Below, piece after piece: positions 47,094-60,050 of a stretch of 64,000 bases of DNA; within the stretch, counting starts at the first letter, position 1; each line of letters opens with the position of its first letter. The stretch is from Bauldia sp. (GTDB lineage: Bacteria; Pseudomonadota; Alphaproteobacteria; Rhizobiales; Kaistiaceae). The stretch lies in assembly GCA_037200845.1 (NCBI GenBank), contig JBBCGQ010000001.1:2304237-2368236 (forward strand), in the 5' to 3' direction. Under the pieces are notes generated by a model. The model saw only the letters and a program-made list of their open reading frames with translations. It was not told the origin of the DNA and did not search any database. Both the position numbers and the translations under genes were made by a program.

Positions 47094-48374
47094 ATGTCCT
47101 CCCAGCTCGTCGCCGTTGCCTCGCTGCTCCTCGGCTCGGCCTTTCTGCTGATCGCAGGCGGGCTGCACGGCATCCTGCTGCCGGTCGTCGGCGCCGAAGC
47201 CGGGTTCAACCTCACGGAACTCGGCCTTCTCGGCACCGGCTGGTCGGCGGGCTTCATCTCCGGCTGCATCCTTATTCCGCAGATCGTGCGCCGCGTCGGC
47301 CATGTCCGTAGCTACGGTGCCCTGGCCTCGGTCGCGGCGGTGACGATCCTGCTCAACCTGCTGTTCATCAACGCGCCGGCGTGGATCGTCGTCCGCGCCA
47401 TCAACGGCTTCTGCTTCGCCGGCGCGGCCATGGTGGTGGAAAGCTGGCTGAACGAGCGGGCGACGCGCGAAAATCGCGGCACGATCTTCTCGGTCTACCA
47501 GATGGTGAACTTCGCCGCCTCGACCACCGGCCAGCTTCTGATGGTCATCAAGCCGCCGTCCGATTTCTTCTTTTTCGCCATCGGCGCGATTTTCTACTGC
47601 CTGGCGATCCTGCCGACGGCGCTGTCGACGGCGAAAAGCCCGCAGCCGCTGAAGGCCGCCAAGCTCGACGTCCGCCGCCTCTATGCGATCTCGCCGGTGG
47701 GCGCCGTGGTCTCCTTTCTCGTCGGCCTGGTCAACGGCGCCTTCGGCACGCTGGGGCCCGTCTACGCCCAGCAGATCGGGCTGCCGACGCGCGATATCGC
47801 TTTCCTCATGGCGGGCGCGCTCATCGGCGGGTCGCTGATCCAGTTTCCGCTGGGCCGCCTGTCGGACCGCACCGACCGCCGCCGCGTGCTCATCGGCGTC
47901 GCCATCGGCGCGGCGGTCATCGGCCTCGCCTTCTTCGTGTTCCGCCCGCATGCGCCGGCGGTGGTCATCCCCCTCGCCATTGTCTTCGGCGCCATGATTT
48001 ATCCGATGTATGCGCTGACCGTCGCCCACGCCAACGACTTCGCCGCGGCGGACGAATTCGTGAAGATCGCCTCGAGTTTGCTGCTGCTCTACGGCATCGG
48101 CACGATGTTCGGCCCGCTCGCCGCCGCCTGGGCCATGGGCCACCTGGCGCCGGAGGGCCTGTTCGCCTTTACCGCCGCCGTGCATGTCGTGGTCGTCGGC
48201 TACGTCGCCTATCGCATCAGCCGGCGCTCGACGCTGAACGTCGTGCTCCGCGACACCTTCCGCGGCCTGCCGATCGGCAAGACCGCGACCCACGAGAGCG
48301 CCGCGCTCGACCCGCGCTCGGCGGTGCCCGAGCCGGCGCCGGAAGCGGCCGACGCGGCAATGCCAAAAGAATAA
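47094..48374 (+). CDS. MFS transporter
   Basis: 426 aa, about 12 hydrophobic segments, GRLSDRTDRRRV loop motif. Confidence 0.8.
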   Translation: MSSQLVAVASLLLGSAFLLIAGGLHGILLPVVGAEAGFNLTELGLLGTGWSAGFISGCILIPQIVRRVGHVRSYGALASVAAVTILLNLLFINAPAWIVVRAINGFCFAGAAMVVESWLNERATRENRGTIFSVYQMVNFAASTTGQLLMVIKPPSDFFFFAIGAIFYCLAILPTALSTAKSPQPLKAAKLDVRRLYAISPVGAVVSFLVGLVNGAFGTLGPVYAQQIGLPTRDIAFLMAGALIGGSLIQFPLGRLSDRTDRRRVLIGVAIGAAVIGLAFFVFRPHAPAVVIPLAIVFGAMIYPMYALTVAHANDFAAADEFVKIASSLLLLYGIGTMFGPLAAAWAMGHLAPEGLFAFTAAVHVVVVGYVAYRISRRSTLNVVLRDTFRGLPIGKTATHESAALDPRSAVPEPAPEAADAAMPKE

Positions 48375-48526
48375 ACACGCGGCAGTCGGTGCCGAAAGAA
48401 TGAACAGCGGATGGCTGCGACGCAGTTGTGTTGCGCCCTTCAGGTTGATAACCCTAATCAATTAAAGGAAGCCGGCTCGACCCGGCCTCCGGCCAAAAGG
48501 CCATTGAACAGGGGACACAGGGGCGA

Positions 48527-49450
48527 ATGGAGTACTTCGTTCAGCAGTTCATCAATGGCGTCACGCTTGGCTCGATCTACGGGCTGATCGCGATCGGCTA
48601 CACGATGGTGTTCGGCATCATCGGCATGGTGAACTTCGCGCACGGCGACGTCTTCATGCTCTCCGCCTTCATCGCGCTGATGGTCTTCCTGATCGTCACG
48701 ACCTGGCTTGGCATCGGCTCGGTGGTCGTCGCGATCATCGCCATGCTGCTGATCAGCATGGTGCTCACCGGCGCGTGGAACTGGGCGATCGAGAAGGTCG
48801 CCTACCGACCATTACGAGGATCGTTCCGCCTGGCGCCGCTCATCTCGGCGATCGGCGTCTCGATCACGCTCTCCAATTTCGTGCAGGTGGCGCAGGACCC
48901 GCGCAACAAGCCGATCCCGCCGATCGTGCGCGACGTCTTCACCGTCTACCACGCCGCCGGCTCCAACTCGTCGATCACGCTGTCGCTGAAGCAGATCATC
49001 ATCGTGCTGGTCACCGCGACGCTGCTCGCGATCTTCTGGTACATCGTGCAGAAGACGCCGCTCGGCCGCGCGCAACGCGCCTGCGAGCAGGACCGCAAGA
49101 TGGCGGCGCTGGTCGGCGTCGACGTCGATAAGACCATCTCGCTCACCTTCGTCATGGGCGCCGCGCTCGCCGCCGTCGCCGGCACGATGTTCCTGATGTT
49201 CTACGGCGTCGTGAATTTCTCCGACGGCTTCTCGCCGGGCATCAAGGCGTTTACCGCCGCGGTGCTGGGCGGCATCGGCTCGCTGCCCGGCGCGGTGCTG
49301 GGCGGCATCCTGATCGGGCTGATCGAAGCCTTGTGGTCGGCGTATTTCTCGATCGACTACAAGGACGTCGCCGCCTTCTCGATCCTCGCCATCGTGCTGA
49401 TCTTCCTGCCCCAGGGCATCCTTGGCCGGCCCGACGTGGAGAAGGTTTAG
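48527..49450 (+). CDS. livH: branched-chain amino acid ABC transporter permease LivH
   Basis: MEYFVQQFINGVTLGSIYGLIAIGYTMVFGIIGMVNFAHG is classic LivH. Confidence 0.9.
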   Translation: MEYFVQQFINGVTLGSIYGLIAIGYTMVFGIIGMVNFAHGDVFMLSAFIALMVFLIVTTWLGIGSVVVAIIAMLLISMVLTGAWNWAIEKVAYRPLRGSFRLAPLISAIGVSITLSNFVQVAQDPRNKPIPPIVRDVFTVYHAAGSNSSITLSLKQIIIVLVTATLLAIFWYIVQKTPLGRAQRACEQDRKMAALVGVDVDKTISLTFVMGAALAAVAGTMFLMFYGVVNFSDGFSPGIKAFTAAVLGGIGSLPGAVLGGILIGLIEALWSAYFSIDYKDVAAFSILAIVLIFLPQGILGRPDVEKV

Positions 49451-49453
49451 GCC

Positions 49454-50911
49454 ATGGTCGATACCGCCCCGACAGCCGACTTCCGTCCCGAAGGCGCCCA
49501 GATACTGGAAGAACAGGGCATCGCCGCCGCGCAGGGCGAGCCGCCCATCACCAACGTCGGTCAGGCCGATTTCGGCCATGCGATAAAGGAAGCGCTGATC
49601 GCCGGCGGCGTCGCGCTGGCGCTGTTCGGTCCCTTCCTCGGCCTGCTCACGGCGCAGAACGTCCGCAACGAACTCGTCCTGGTGACGCGGCCCGGCCTGC
49701 TCGCCACCGCCGTCGGCATCGTCGCGGTCGGCCGCTTCCTCATCGCCTATTTCTACGCGCCCTACGCCACGCGCCGCCGCGGCGCGCCGGCGAGGGTCAA
49801 GGCCGCGCCGCAGTGGCAGACCACGCTCCGCCGCTTCTTCATCCCGATCGCGATACTGCTGCTCGTCCTCTACCCGCCGATCGTGCTCGGCACGAGCGGC
49901 ATCCAGGGCTCGATCAAGTGGGTCGATAACTTCGGCGTGCAGATCCTGATCTACGTCATGCTGGCGTGGGGCCTGAACATCGTCGTCGGCCTCGCCGGCC
50001 TGCTCGACCTCGGCTACGTCGCCTTCTACGCCGTCGGCGCTTATTCCTACACGCTGCTCGCCATCCACTTCGACCTGTCGTTCTGGGTGCTCTTGCCGGT
50101 CGCCGGCCTTCTCGCCGCGGCCTGGGGCGTGCTGCTCGGCTTCCCGGTGCTGCGGCTGCGCGGCGACTATCTCGCCATCGTCACGCTCGCCTTCGGCGAG
50201 ATCGTGCGCCTGGTGCTGGTCAACTGGCGCGACGTCACCAAGGGCGGCTTCGGCATCACCTCGATCCCGAAGATCACGTTCTTCGGCATGCCGTTCGACG
50301 CCTCGCCGAACGGCTTCGCCGCGCATTTCCACCTGCCGCTCTCGTCCGCCTACTACAAGATTTTCATGTTCTACCTGATCCTGGCGCTGGCGCTGTTCAC
50401 CGCCTGGGTGACGACGCGGCTGCGCAAGCTGCCGATCGGCCGCGCCTGGGAATCGCTGCGCGAGGACGAGATCGCCTGCCGGTCGCTCGGCATCAACACG
50501 ACCTCGACCAAGCTGACCGCGTTCGCCACCGGCGCGATGTTCGCCGGCTTCGCCGGTTCCTTCTTCGCCGCGCGCCAGGGCTTCATCAGCCCGGAATCGT
50601 TCACCTTCATCGAGTCGGCGATGATCGTCGCCATCGTCGTGCTCGGCGGCATGGGCTCGATCATCGGCGTCGCGGTCGCCGCCGTCGCCATGATCGGCGG
50701 CATCGAGAGTCTCCGCGAGCTCACCATCCTCAAGGAAGTCTTCGGCCAGGATTTCGAGCCGACGCAGTACCGCATGCTGCTCTTCGGCCTCGCCATGGTG
50801 CTGATCATGCTGTGGAAGCCGCGCGGCTTCGTCACCGCGCGCCAGCCGACCGTGTTCCTCAAGGAGCGAAAAACCATATCCGGGTCGCTCACCGGCGAAG
50901 GGCATGGCTGA
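49454..50911 (+). CDS. livM: branched-chain amino acid ABC transporter permease LivM
   Basis: Long LivM type with [25 protein letters not shown]. Confidence 0.9.
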   Translation: MVDTAPTADFRPEGAQILEEQGIAAAQGEPPITNVGQADFGHAIKEALIAGGVALALFGPFLGLLTAQNVRNELVLVTRPGLLATAVGIVAVGRFLIAYFYAPYATRRRGAPARVKAAPQWQTTLRRFFIPIAILLLVLYPPIVLGTSGIQGSIKWVDNFGVQILIYVMLAWGLNIVVGLAGLLDLGYVAFYAVGAYSYTLLAIHFDLSFWVLLPVAGLLAAAWGVLLGFPVLRLRGDYLAIVTLAFGEIVRLVLVNWRDVTKGGFGITSIPKITFFGMPFDASPNGFAAHFHLPLSSAYYKIFMFYLILALALFTAWVTTRLRKLPIGRAWESLREDEIACRSLGINTTSTKLTAFATGAMFAGFAGSFFAARQGFISPESFTFIESAMIVAIVVLGGMGSIIGVAVAAVAMIGGIESLRELTILKEVFGQDFEPTQYRMLLFGLAMVLIMLWKPRGFVTARQPTVFLKERKTISGSLTGEGHG

Positions 50912-51776
50912 CATGGACAGTGCCGCGGCAGCCGACCTGCCGATCATCGCCGTCGATCACCTGACCATGCGCTTCGGCGGCCTGGTAGCCATCAACGACT
51001 TCTCGTTCCGCGGCAAGCGCGGCGAGATCACCGCGCTGATCGGCCCGAACGGCGCCGGCAAGACGACGGTGTTCAACTGCGTCACCGGCTTCTACAAGCC
51101 GACCGAGGGGATGATCCGGCTGCGCCAGCGCGGCGGCAAGGAGTTCCTGCTCGAGCGCATGCCCGACTTCCGCATCGCCTCGCGTGCCAAGGTCGCCCGC
51201 ACCTTCCAGAACATCCGCCTATTCGGCGGCATGACGGTGCTGGAAAACCTGCTCGTCGCCCAGCACAACAAGCTGATGGTCGCCTCCGGCATGTCGCTGT
51301 TCGGCATTCTCGGCCTGCCGAGCTACCGCAGGGCCGAGCGCGCCGCGGTCGAAAAGGCGCGCGACTGGCTGAACGAGGTCGGCCTCATCGACCGCGCCGA
51401 CGACGCCGCCGCCGACCTGCCCTACGGCGCCCAGCGCCGCGTCGAGATCGCACGCGCCATGTGCACCGATCCCGAGCTGCTCTGCCTCGACGAGCCCGCC
51501 GCCGGCCTCAACGCCCGCGAGTCGGCGCAATTGAACGAGCTGCTGATCGGCATCCGCGACAGGCACGCCACCTCGGTGCTGCTCATCGAGCACGACATGT
51601 CCGTGGTCATGGAGATTTCCGACCACGTCATCGTGCTCGAATACGGCATCAAGATTTCCGACGGCACGCCGAGCGAGGTGCGCAACGATCCGAAGGTCAT
51701 CGCCGCCTATCTCGGCGTCGAAGACGAGGAAGTCGGCACCGTCACCCGCCAGCTCGAAACGGCGGAGACGCACTGA
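50904..51776 (+). CDS. livG: branched-chain amino acid ABC transporter ATP-binding protein LivG
   Basis: Walker [24 protein letters not shown] signature, [10 protein letters not shown] Walker B. Confidence 0.9.
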   Translation: MADMDSAAAADLPIIAVDHLTMRFGGLVAINDFSFRGKRGEITALIGPNGAGKTTVFNCVTGFYKPTEGMIRLRQRGGKEFLLERMPDFRIASRAKVARTFQNIRLFGGMTVLENLLVAQHNKLMVASGMSLFGILGLPSYRRAERAAVEKARDWLNEVGLIDRADDAAADLPYGAQRRVEIARAMCTDPELLCLDEPAAGLNARESAQLNELLIGIRDRHATSVLLIEHDMSVVMEISDHVIVLEYGIKISDGTPSEVRNDPKVIAAYLGVEDEEVGTVTRQLETAETH

Positions 51777-52519
51777 TGGCCGAGACCAACGGCGCCGCCC
51801 CCCTCCTTCAGATCCGCGGCGTCACCACCTTCTACGGCAAGATCATGGCGCTTCGCGGCATCGATCTCGATGTGCACGCCGGCGAGATCGTCGCGCTGAT
51901 CGGCGCCAACGGCGCCGGCAAGTCGACGCTGATGATGACCATCTGCGGCAACCCGCGCGCCCGCGACGGCAGCATCCGCTACGACGGCCGCGACATCACC
52001 AAGCTGCCCACCCACGAGATCGCGCGCCTGCGCGTCGCCCAGTCGCCGGAAGGCCGCCGCATCTTTCCGCGCATGTCGGTGTACGAGAACCTGCAGATGG
52101 GCGCCTCGATCGACAACGGCCAGCATTTTGAGGAAGACGTCGAGAAGGTCTTCACGCTTTTCCCGCGCCTCAAGGAACGCATCAACCAGCGCGGCGGCAC
52201 GCTCTCCGGCGGCGAGCAGCAGATGCTGTCGATCTCGCGCGCGCTGATGGCGCGCCCCAAGCTGCTGCTCCTCGACGAGCCGTCGCTGGGCCTCGCCCCG
52301 ATCATCTCGTCGCAGATTTTCGCCTCGATCCGCGAACTCAACCAGTCGCAGAAGCTGACGGTGTTCATCGTCGAGCAGAACGCCTACCAGGCGCTGAAGC
52401 TGTCGCACCGCGGCTATGTGCTGGTGAACGGCAAGATCACGATGTCGGGCACGGGACGCGAACTTCTCCAGCGGCCCGAGGTGCGCGACGCCTATCTCGA
52501 AGGCGGCGTGAAACACTGA
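51776..52519 (+). CDS. livF: branched-chain amino acid ABC transporter ATP-binding protein LivF
   Basis: GANGAGKST, LSGGEQQMLSISRAL, LLLLDEPSLGLAP. ATG overlaps the livG stop. Confidence 0.9.
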   Translation: MAETNGAAPLLQIRGVTTFYGKIMALRGIDLDVHAGEIVALIGANGAGKSTLMMTICGNPRARDGSIRYDGRDITKLPTHEIARLRVAQSPEGRRIFPRMSVYENLQMGASIDNGQHFEEDVEKVFTLFPRLKERINQRGGTLSGGEQQMLSISRALMARPKLLLLDEPSLGLAPIISSQIFASIRELNQSQKLTVFIVEQNAYQALKLSHRGYVLVNGKITMSGTGRELLQRPEVRDAYLEGGVKH

Positions 52520-52541
52520 CGGCCGGACGACAGGAGCAGGT

Positions 52542-52919
52542 ATGCAGGGCGTAATCTACGAGGGCCAGTCGATACTGCTGTTCATCTTCGTCACGATCGG
52601 GCTCGGCGGCGGCGCGGCGTGGGTGAGCGGCCGTTCGACGGCGCAGATGTGGCGGCCGTGGCCGATCCTTCTGCTGTCGGTGCTGGGGCTCAGCGTCGCC
52701 GTGCGCTTCATGTACTACGCACTGTTCACCCAGACTTTCTTCAGCCTGCACTACTACTTCGTTGACGCAATAATCCTGCTCATCATTGGCACTATTGCCT
52801 ACCGATTTACGCTGGCTCGCCAGATGGTTGCGCAATATGGCTGGCTTTACGAGCGCACCGGTCCTTTTTCCTGGCGAGCACGACCGGGCGCAGACCTGCC
52901 GGCTCACGAAAGCAAGTGA
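52542..52919 (+). CDS. small integral membrane protein encoded after livF
   Basis: 125 aa with three or four hydrophobic segments. No function recognised. Lower GC3 in its second half. Confidence 0.6.
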   Translation: MQGVIYEGQSILLFIFVTIGLGGGAAWVSGRSTAQMWRPWPILLLSVLGLSVAVRFMYYALFTQTFFSLHYYFVDAIILLIIGTIAYRFTLARQMVAQYGWLYERTGPFSWRARPGADLPAHESK

Positions 52920-53049
52920 CAAATCCGCAAAAACCGGCATAAATCCGCACCATGATGGCGGCCTGGGAATTTCTCCCTGCGTGCGCCCTGCAAGTCACTG
53001 ACCTGCCAACTAAAATCCTTCAATATTGTTCGTAACAGGGGAACTACAC

Positions 53050-54168
53050 ATGAAGTCAAAACTCCTTTCGGGCGTGGTATTTGCTGCCGCGCTCGCGTTC
53101 GTCGCCCACGCGTCGGCCGCTGAGATCAAGCTCGGCGTCGCCGGCCCGCTGACCGGCCCGAACGCTGCTTTCGGCGCCCAGCTCCAGAAGGGTGCTGAGC
53201 AGGCCGTCAAGGACATCAATGCGGCCGGCGGTGCTGGCGGCAACACCTTCACCATCGAGCTCGGCGACGACGTTTCCGATCCGAAGCAGGGCGTGTCGGT
53301 TGCCAACAAGTTCGTCGGCGACGGCGTGACCTTTGTCGCCGGTCACTTCAACTCCGGCGTCACCATTCCGGCCTCGGAAGTCTACGCCGAGAACGGCCTG
53401 CTGATGATCACCCCGTCGGCCACCAACCCGCAGGTCACCGAGCGCGGCCTCTGGGACGTGTTCCGCACGTGCGGTCGTGACGACCAGCAGGGCGCGGTTG
53501 CCGGCAAGTACATTGCCGATCACTTCAAAGACGGCAAGATCGCCATCCTTCACGACAAGACTCCGTACGGCCAGGGCCTGGCTGACGAGACCAAGAAGGC
53601 GATGAATGCCGCCGGCGTGACGGAAGTCATGTACGAAGGCATCAACGTCGGTGACAAGGACTTCTCGGCCCTCATCTCGAAGATGAAGGACGCGGGCGTC
53701 ACGGTCACCTACTGGGGTGGTCTGCACACCGAAGGCGGCCTCATCGTTCGCCAGTCGGCTGACGCCGGCCTGAAGTCGCAGTTCATCTCCGGCGACGGCA
53801 TCGTCTCTGACGAGTTCGCCTCGATCGCCGGCCCGGCCGCTGAAGGCGTTCTGAACACCTTCGGTCCGGATCCCCGCCTCAATCCCGATGCCGCTGGCAT
53901 CGTGAAGGAATTCCGCGACGCCGGCTTCGAGCCGGAAGCGTACACGCTTTACACCTACGCCGCGGTCCAGGTCATGGCGCAGGCCATTACCAAGGCCGGC
54001 ACGACGGACACCAAGACCGTCGCCGAGACCATCAAGTCCGGCGGCCCGTGGAAGACGGCGATCGGCAACCTCGAGTACGACTCGAAGGGTGACCGCAAGT
54101 CGCTCGACTACGTCATGTACATCTGGAAGAAGGGCGCCGACGGGAAGATCACCTACGTTCAGCAGTAG
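53050..54168 (+). CDS. branched-chain amino acid ABC transporter substrate-binding protein
   Basis: Signal peptide, then [20 protein letters not shown] (LivJ/K-like). Confidence 0.9.
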   Translation: MKSKLLSGVVFAAALAFVAHASAAEIKLGVAGPLTGPNAAFGAQLQKGAEQAVKDINAAGGAGGNTFTIELGDDVSDPKQGVSVANKFVGDGVTFVAGHFNSGVTIPASEVYAENGLLMITPSATNPQVTERGLWDVFRTCGRDDQQGAVAGKYIADHFKDGKIAILHDKTPYGQGLADETKKAMNAAGVTEVMYEGINVGDKDFSALISKMKDAGVTVTYWGGLHTEGGLIVRQSADAGLKSQFISGDGIVSDEFASIAGPAAEGVLNTFGPDPRLNPDAAGIVKEFRDAGFEPEAYTLYTYAAVQVMAQAITKAGTTDTKTVAETIKSGGPWKTAIGNLEYDSKGDRKSLDYVMYIWKKGADGKITYVQQ

Positions 54169-54197
54169 GCCTTCACGCTTCAGCGTTTGAAATACGG

Positions 54198-54229
54198 AAA
54201 CCCCGGCGGCAACGCCGGGGTTTTTGTTT
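54198..54229 (+). terminator. rho-independent terminator
   Basis: AAACCCCGGCG-GCAA-CGCCGGGGTTT followed by TTGTTTG. Confidence 0.85.
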
Positions 54230-54302
54230 GCGCCGGGCGCGGGCTCGCCTGCGCGGTTGTCGCGAATTGCGCGCCGCCCCTGCCCCGTGTCAGGCTCGCG
54301 CC

Positions 54303-55409
54303 ATGCTCCGCTCCGCCGTCCGCATCGCGATTCTTGGCGCAACGCTGATCGTTGCCGGCGTGGCGCATGCCGACATCGTCATCGGCGTCGCCGGGCCGAT
54401 GACCGGGGAATTCGCGCCGCTCGGGGCCCAGATGCGCGCCGGCGTCGAGCAGGCGGTCGCCGACACGAACGCCGCCGGCGGCATCGGCGGCGCCAGGCTG
54501 GTGCTCGAAGTCGTCGACGACGCCTGCAATGCCAAGAGAGCGGACGCCGGCGCGAGCGCGCTCGCCGCCAAGGGCGCGGTGTTCGTCGTCGGCCACCTGT
54601 GCCTCAAGGCATCCATCGCCGGCGCCGCGGTATACGCCGCCGAGCACATCGTCCAGATTTCGCCGGGCACCACCTTCGCCGGCTTCACCGACGACCGCGC
54701 CGGCCCGGGCGTCTTCCGCCTCGCCGGGCGCGACGACGCCGAGGGCACCTTCGCCGGCCGCATGATCGCGCGGCGCTACACCGCCGGCAACGTCGCCGTG
54801 GTCGATGACACCACCGCCTACGGCAAGTCGCTCGCCGATGCGGCCGCCACCGCACTCGACGGCGCCGGCAAGCCGATCGTACTCCGCGACACCTACGCGC
54901 CCGGTGGCAAGGAGTACAACACGCTGGTCTCGCGCCTGCAGGCCGCGGCAATCGACGTGGTCTACCTCGGCGGCGCCAACCCGGAAGCGGCGATCATCGC
55001 CAAGGCGATGAAGGCGCGCGGCATGACCGCCACCATCGTCGCCGGCGACGCGCTGCTCTCGCCGGACTACGCCGACCTCGCCGGCGATGCCGCCGAGGGC
55101 ACGCTGGTCGCCTACCCGAGCGACCCGCGCGCCGCGGCCGCCGCCGCACCGGTCGTGGCGGAATTCGCGGCGAAGAACATCGACCCGGCCGGCTACACGC
55201 TGCCCGCCTACGCCGCGGTCCAGGTCTGGGTCGCCGCCGCCAAGGCCGCCGGCGGCACCGACTTCGACAAGCTCGCGGCGGCGCTCACTGCGGGATCGTT
55301 CGCCACCGTCGTCGGCCCGGTCGCCTTCGACGAGAAGGGCGACCTCCGCGATCCCCGCTACGACTGGTACGTCTGGCGCGGCGGCGACTACGCCCCGGCG
55401 GGCTTCTGA
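54303..55409 (+). CDS. branched-chain amino acid ABC transporter substrate-binding protein, second copy
   Basis: Signal peptide, then DIVIGVAGPMTGEFAPLGAQ. A more divergent paralog with its own start after the terminator. Confidence 0.85.
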   Translation: MLRSAVRIAILGATLIVAGVAHADIVIGVAGPMTGEFAPLGAQMRAGVEQAVADTNAAGGIGGARLVLEVVDDACNAKRADAGASALAAKGAVFVVGHLCLKASIAGAAVYAAEHIVQISPGTTFAGFTDDRAGPGVFRLAGRDDAEGTFAGRMIARRYTAGNVAVVDDTTAYGKSLADAAATALDGAGKPIVLRDTYAPGGKEYNTLVSRLQAAAIDVVYLGGANPEAAIIAKAMKARGMTATIVAGDALLSPDYADLAGDAAEGTLVAYPSDPRAAAAAAPVVAEFAAKNIDPAGYTLPAYAAVQVWVAAAKAAGGTDFDKLAAALTAGSFATVVGPVAFDEKGDLRDPRYDWYVWRGGDYAPAGF

Positions 55410-55439
55410 AATTCGCGCGCCCGTGCTAGTCCGCGCGCC

Positions 55440-56096
55440 ATGAGCGGACCCATTCTCATCGCACCTTCGATTCTGTCGGCGGACTTCGCCCGCCTCGGCG
55501 AGGAGGTGCGCGCGATCGACGCCGCCGGCGCCGACTGGATCCACGTCGACGTCATGGACGGGCACTTTGTGCCCAACATCACAATGGGCCCGAACGTCGT
55601 GAAAGCGATCCGGCCGTACACGCAAAAGCCGCTCGACGTGCACCTGATGATTGCGCCGGCGGCGCCCTACCTCGCGGCCTTCGCCGACGCCGGCGCCGAC
55701 CGCATCACCATCCACGTCGAGGCCGAGCGCGAGGTCGCCGCCTCGCTGGCCGCGATTCGAGCCAGGGGCAAGAAGGCGGGCATCACGCTGAAGCCCGCCA
55801 CGCCGGTCGCGTCGATCGCACCGTTCGTCGATCAGGTCGACCTCGTGCTCGTGATGAGCGTCGAGCCAGGCTTCGGCGGCCAGGCGTTCATGCCGGCGGC
55901 GCTCGGGCGCATCGCTGAGATCAGCGCGCTGCTCGGCGGCCGGGATGTGCCGATCGAGGTCGATGGCGGCATCACGCCGGACAACGCCGGGGCGGTGGTT
56001 GCCGCCGGTGCGACAGTGCTGGTGGCCGGGTCGTCCGTGTTTCGCGGCGACTACGCGACGAACATCGCGGCGCTGCGCAAGGCCGCCGCCGGTTAG
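55440..56096 (+). CDS. rpe: ribulose-phosphate 3-epimerase
   Basis: IAPSILSADFARLGEE ... HVDVMDGHFVPN ... VMSVEPGFGGQ. Confidence 0.95.
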   Translation: MSGPILIAPSILSADFARLGEEVRAIDAAGADWIHVDVMDGHFVPNITMGPNVVKAIRPYTQKPLDVHLMIAPAAPYLAAFADAGADRITIHVEAEREVAASLAAIRARGKKAGITLKPATPVASIAPFVDQVDLVLVMSVEPGFGGQAFMPAALGRIAEISALLGGRDVPIEVDGGITPDNAGAVVAAGATVLVAGSSVFRGDYATNIAALRKAAAG

Positions 56097-56139
56097 GCCG
56101 CGACCTCCACCTCCCACGGTGTCATGCCCGCCTCCTCTC

Positions 56140-56390
56140 GGGTGTCATCCCCGCGAAGGCGGGAATCCGGTAAACACCGGCGGGACTTATCGGCACCGAC
56201 CGCGTCTACTGGGTCCCCGCCTTCGCGGGGACGACACTGGGGAGCGGTCGTCCGCCATTTCACGACGCAGAATCAGACACTGCGCCGCTCCCCCGCTCGT
56301 CATCCCGGCGAAAGCCCGGATCCAGTCATGGAACGCGAACGCTCGACAATTCGACTGGACCCCGGCTTTCGCCGGGGTGGCGAGGGAGGG
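56140..56390. repeat. two family A hairpin pairs
   Basis: TCATCCCCGCGAAGGCGGGAATCC, TGGGTCCCCGCCTTCGCGGGGACGAC, GTCATCCCGGCGAAAGCCCGGATCCAG, TGGACCCCGGCTTTCGCCGGGGTGG. Confidence 0.8.
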
Positions 56391-56491
56391 ATGCAACCCA
56401 CATGCCGTAGAGCCCGCGCCTGGCTTCGATTGTCGCGGTGGGCACGGTCTGATAAACGCACCGCGACACGAAAATCGTACCGGAGCGACCG

Positions 56492-57829
<1,338 letters not shown>

Positions 57830-57831
57830 CC

Positions 57832-58362
57832 ATGAAGCCGATTTACGAAATCAGCGCGCCGAAGATCGACGGCACGCCCGCAAAGCTTGGCGACTACGCC
57901 GGCAAGGTCCTGCTCATCGTCAACGTCGCCTCGAAGTGCGGGCTGACGCCGCAATACGAGGGGCTGGAGAAGCTCTACGCCGACTACAAGGACAAGGGCC
58001 TCGTCGTCCTTGGCTTCCCGGCCAACAACTTCGCCGGCCAGGAGCCGGGCTCGAACGAGGAGATCCAGGATTTCTGCCGCTCGACCTACGGCGTCGATTT
58101 CCCGATGTTCGGCAAGGTGTCGGTTGGCGGCGAGGATCAGGCGCCGCTCTATCGGCTCCTCACCGAGTCGGCACCGCCGCGCACGCTGAGCGCGACGCCC
58201 AGACCCGGCGCCGTCGCCAAGCAGGCGGAAAAGGGCGTGCGCTGGAACTTCGAGAAGTTTCTGGTGAGCCGCAACGGCGACGTGGTCGCCCGCTTCGATC
58301 CGGACCTCGTGCCGCTCGATCCGATCCTGGTCGGCGCGGTGGAACGCGAACTCGGCGCCTAG
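57832..58362 (+). CDS. glutathione peroxidase family protein
   Basis: LLIVNVASKCGLTPQY (Cys active site), GFPANNFAGQEPG, WNFEKFLV. Confidence 0.9.
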   Translation: MKPIYEISAPKIDGTPAKLGDYAGKVLLIVNVASKCGLTPQYEGLEKLYADYKDKGLVVLGFPANNFAGQEPGSNEEIQDFCRSTYGVDFPMFGKVSVGGEDQAPLYRLLTESAPPRTLSATPRPGAVAKQAEKGVRWNFEKFLVSRNGDVVARFDPDLVPLDPILVGAVERELGA

Positions 58363-58380
58363 CGGCCGCTACAAATGCAA

Positions 58381-58403
58381 ATGGCCGGGCAAAGCCCGGC
58401 CAT
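58381..58403. terminator. hairpin between convergent gpx and porin genes (U-tract on minus strand)
   Basis: ATGGCCGGGC-AAA-GCCCGGCCAT. On the minus strand it is followed by TTGCATTTGT. Confidence 0.7.
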
Positions 58404-58430
58404 CGCGATATTCCTTGAACCGTGTCGCGG

Positions 58431-59162
58431 CTACTTCGCCTTGAGGGCGGAGAGCGACGTATCGATCGACAGGCCGACCATCACGCGCGAGTCGCACTCG
58501 TCGCCGTTGGCGCCGTAGTAGGTTCCGCAGTCGCTCGCCGAAAGATTGGTTGCCGTGTAGCGCAAGTCGATCTTCGCCCACTCCACCGGAGCGTAGTAGA
58601 TGCCGGCGTTCCAGGTCGTGTACGGCAGGTCGCTGTTGCTGACCGCTCCCAGCGCACCAGACACGCCGAAGCCGTGCGGCAACGTGATGTCGGCGTTCGC
58701 CTCGACGTACGTCGCGGACGGATCTTCCGGATTGACGTAGAACTGCGCCCCGATCGTCGTGTTGTCGTTCGCGGCGATGTCGGCCTTGGCGTATAGCTCA
58801 CCCGCGCCCGCCGTCGACAGAGTCGAGGCCGAGGTCGCGTAGTTGTAGCCGAAGTCCAGCGACACCGGCCCGACCTCAGGACGTACGCCGGCATAGAAAT
58901 CGATCTCGGTATCGGTCACGCCGTCGAACTCGGTATTCGACGCCCAAACACCACCGTAGACGATGCCGATGCTCGGCTCGATGTAGCCGGACACTGCCGG
59001 CTTGTGTTCCGTCTGCGTGATACCGCGCGAGATGTAGTCGCTGTTGACCGCCACCCCGAAGGCGACGTCGAACATGTCGTCGGCCATCGCCGTGCCGGCC
59101 ATCGCGAAAAAGGCCGCGCCCACCAGAGCCAGTCGGCTCACCCCAAATGTCGAATAGATCAT
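58431..59162 (-). CDS. outer-membrane beta-barrel protein (Gcw_chp/TIGR02001-like)
   Basis: Signal peptide. [13 protein letters not shown] motif, alternating beta-strand pattern, C-terminal aromatic-rich strand. Confidence 0.75.
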   Translation of the reverse strand: MIYSTFGVSRLALVGAAFFAMAGTAMADDMFDVAFGVAVNSDYISRGITQTEHKPAVSGYIEPSIGIVYGGVWASNTEFDGVTDTEIDFYAGVRPEVGPVSLDFGYNYATSASTLSTAGAGELYAKADIAANDNTTIGAQFYVNPEDPSATYVEANADITLPHGFGVSGALGAVSNSDLPYTTWNAGIYYAPVEWAKIDLRYTATNLSASDCGTYYGANGDECDSRVMVGLSIDTSLSALKAK

Positions 59163-59276
59163 GTGAATTTCGCCCCGATTCCCGTTGACACATACAGAAA
59201 CATGACAGCCCGACTCGGGGAAAGGACAAAGTTGCTGTCTGGAATCAGTCAATCCGCGTTTGTTGCCGATCCGCAA

Positions 59277-60047
59277 CTACGCAAAATACGCGGCAAGCAT
59301 GGCCTTGGCCCCCGCGCTCAAATAGTTGACGTCCGACGACATCGCGATCAGCCGGAAGCCCATGGCGCGGAAATGGCGGGCGCGGTCGGGATTTGCCGCG
59401 TAGATCGCCGGTGTCTTTCCCGCGGCAAGAGTGCGCTCGACAATCCTGCCGAGAGGCCCGTCGAGACTCGCGTCAAACGGAGCGATCCGCGCGCCATCCG
59501 AAAGGCTGACCGACAGGTCGGAGGGGCCGACGAATATCCCGTCGATCCCCTCGACCGCGACGATCTCCTCCAGCGCGTCGAGCGCGCGGCGGGTCTCGAT
59601 CATGGCGAAGGTCATCGAGACGGCATTGTCGCCGGCAAGGTGCTGTTGCGCCTCGGTGCCGCGCAGCGCCAGCACGCGGCTTGGCCCCCAGCTCCGCTCG
59701 CCGACGGGCGGATATTTCGTGGCGGCGACCAGCGCGCGCGCCTCCGCGGCGCTGTTGATCATGGGGGCGATCACGGCTTCGGCGCCAAAGTCGAGCACGC
59801 GGCTGGCGGTGGCGTTGTCCCCGACCGGGATGCGCACCAGCGCCGGCTTGCCGGCAAGCACGACCGCGGCGATGCCGCGCATCACCGAGCCGACGTCGTG
59901 CATACCGTGCTGGATCTCGAGGACGACGGCATCGAAGCCGGCCCGCGCCACGCCTTCCGCGACCAGCGGCTCGGGAATGGCCGACCAGCCCGACAGAAGC
60001 GTCTCGCCGGCCCGCAGGCGCCCGGCCAGGACCGGGGTGACCGCCAT
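59277..60047 (-). CDS. HpcH/HpaI family aldolase
   Basis: 256 aa. [44 protein letters not shown] motifs. Confidence 0.85.
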   Translation of the reverse strand: MAVTPVLAGRLRAGETLLSGWSAIPEPLVAEGVARAGFDAVVLEIQHGMHDVGSVMRGIAAVVLAGKPALVRIPVGDNATASRVLDFGAEAVIAPMINSAAEARALVAATKYPPVGERSWGPSRVLALRGTEAQQHLAGDNAVSMTFAMIETRRALDALEEIVAVEGIDGIFVGPSDLSVSLSDGARIAPFDASLDGPLGRIVERTLAAGKTPAIYAANPDRARHFRAMGFRLIAMSSDVNYLSAGAKAMLAAYFA

Positions 60048-60050
60048 CGT

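Noticed and set aside
48812-50947. 711-aa minus-strand ORF
   Set aside because: Antisense to livH and livM, which are clearly real. Extremely Arg/Asp/Glu/Gly-rich.
54180-56117. 645-aa minus-strand ORF
   Set aside because: Antisense to the second substrate-binding protein gene and rpe. No recognisable domain.
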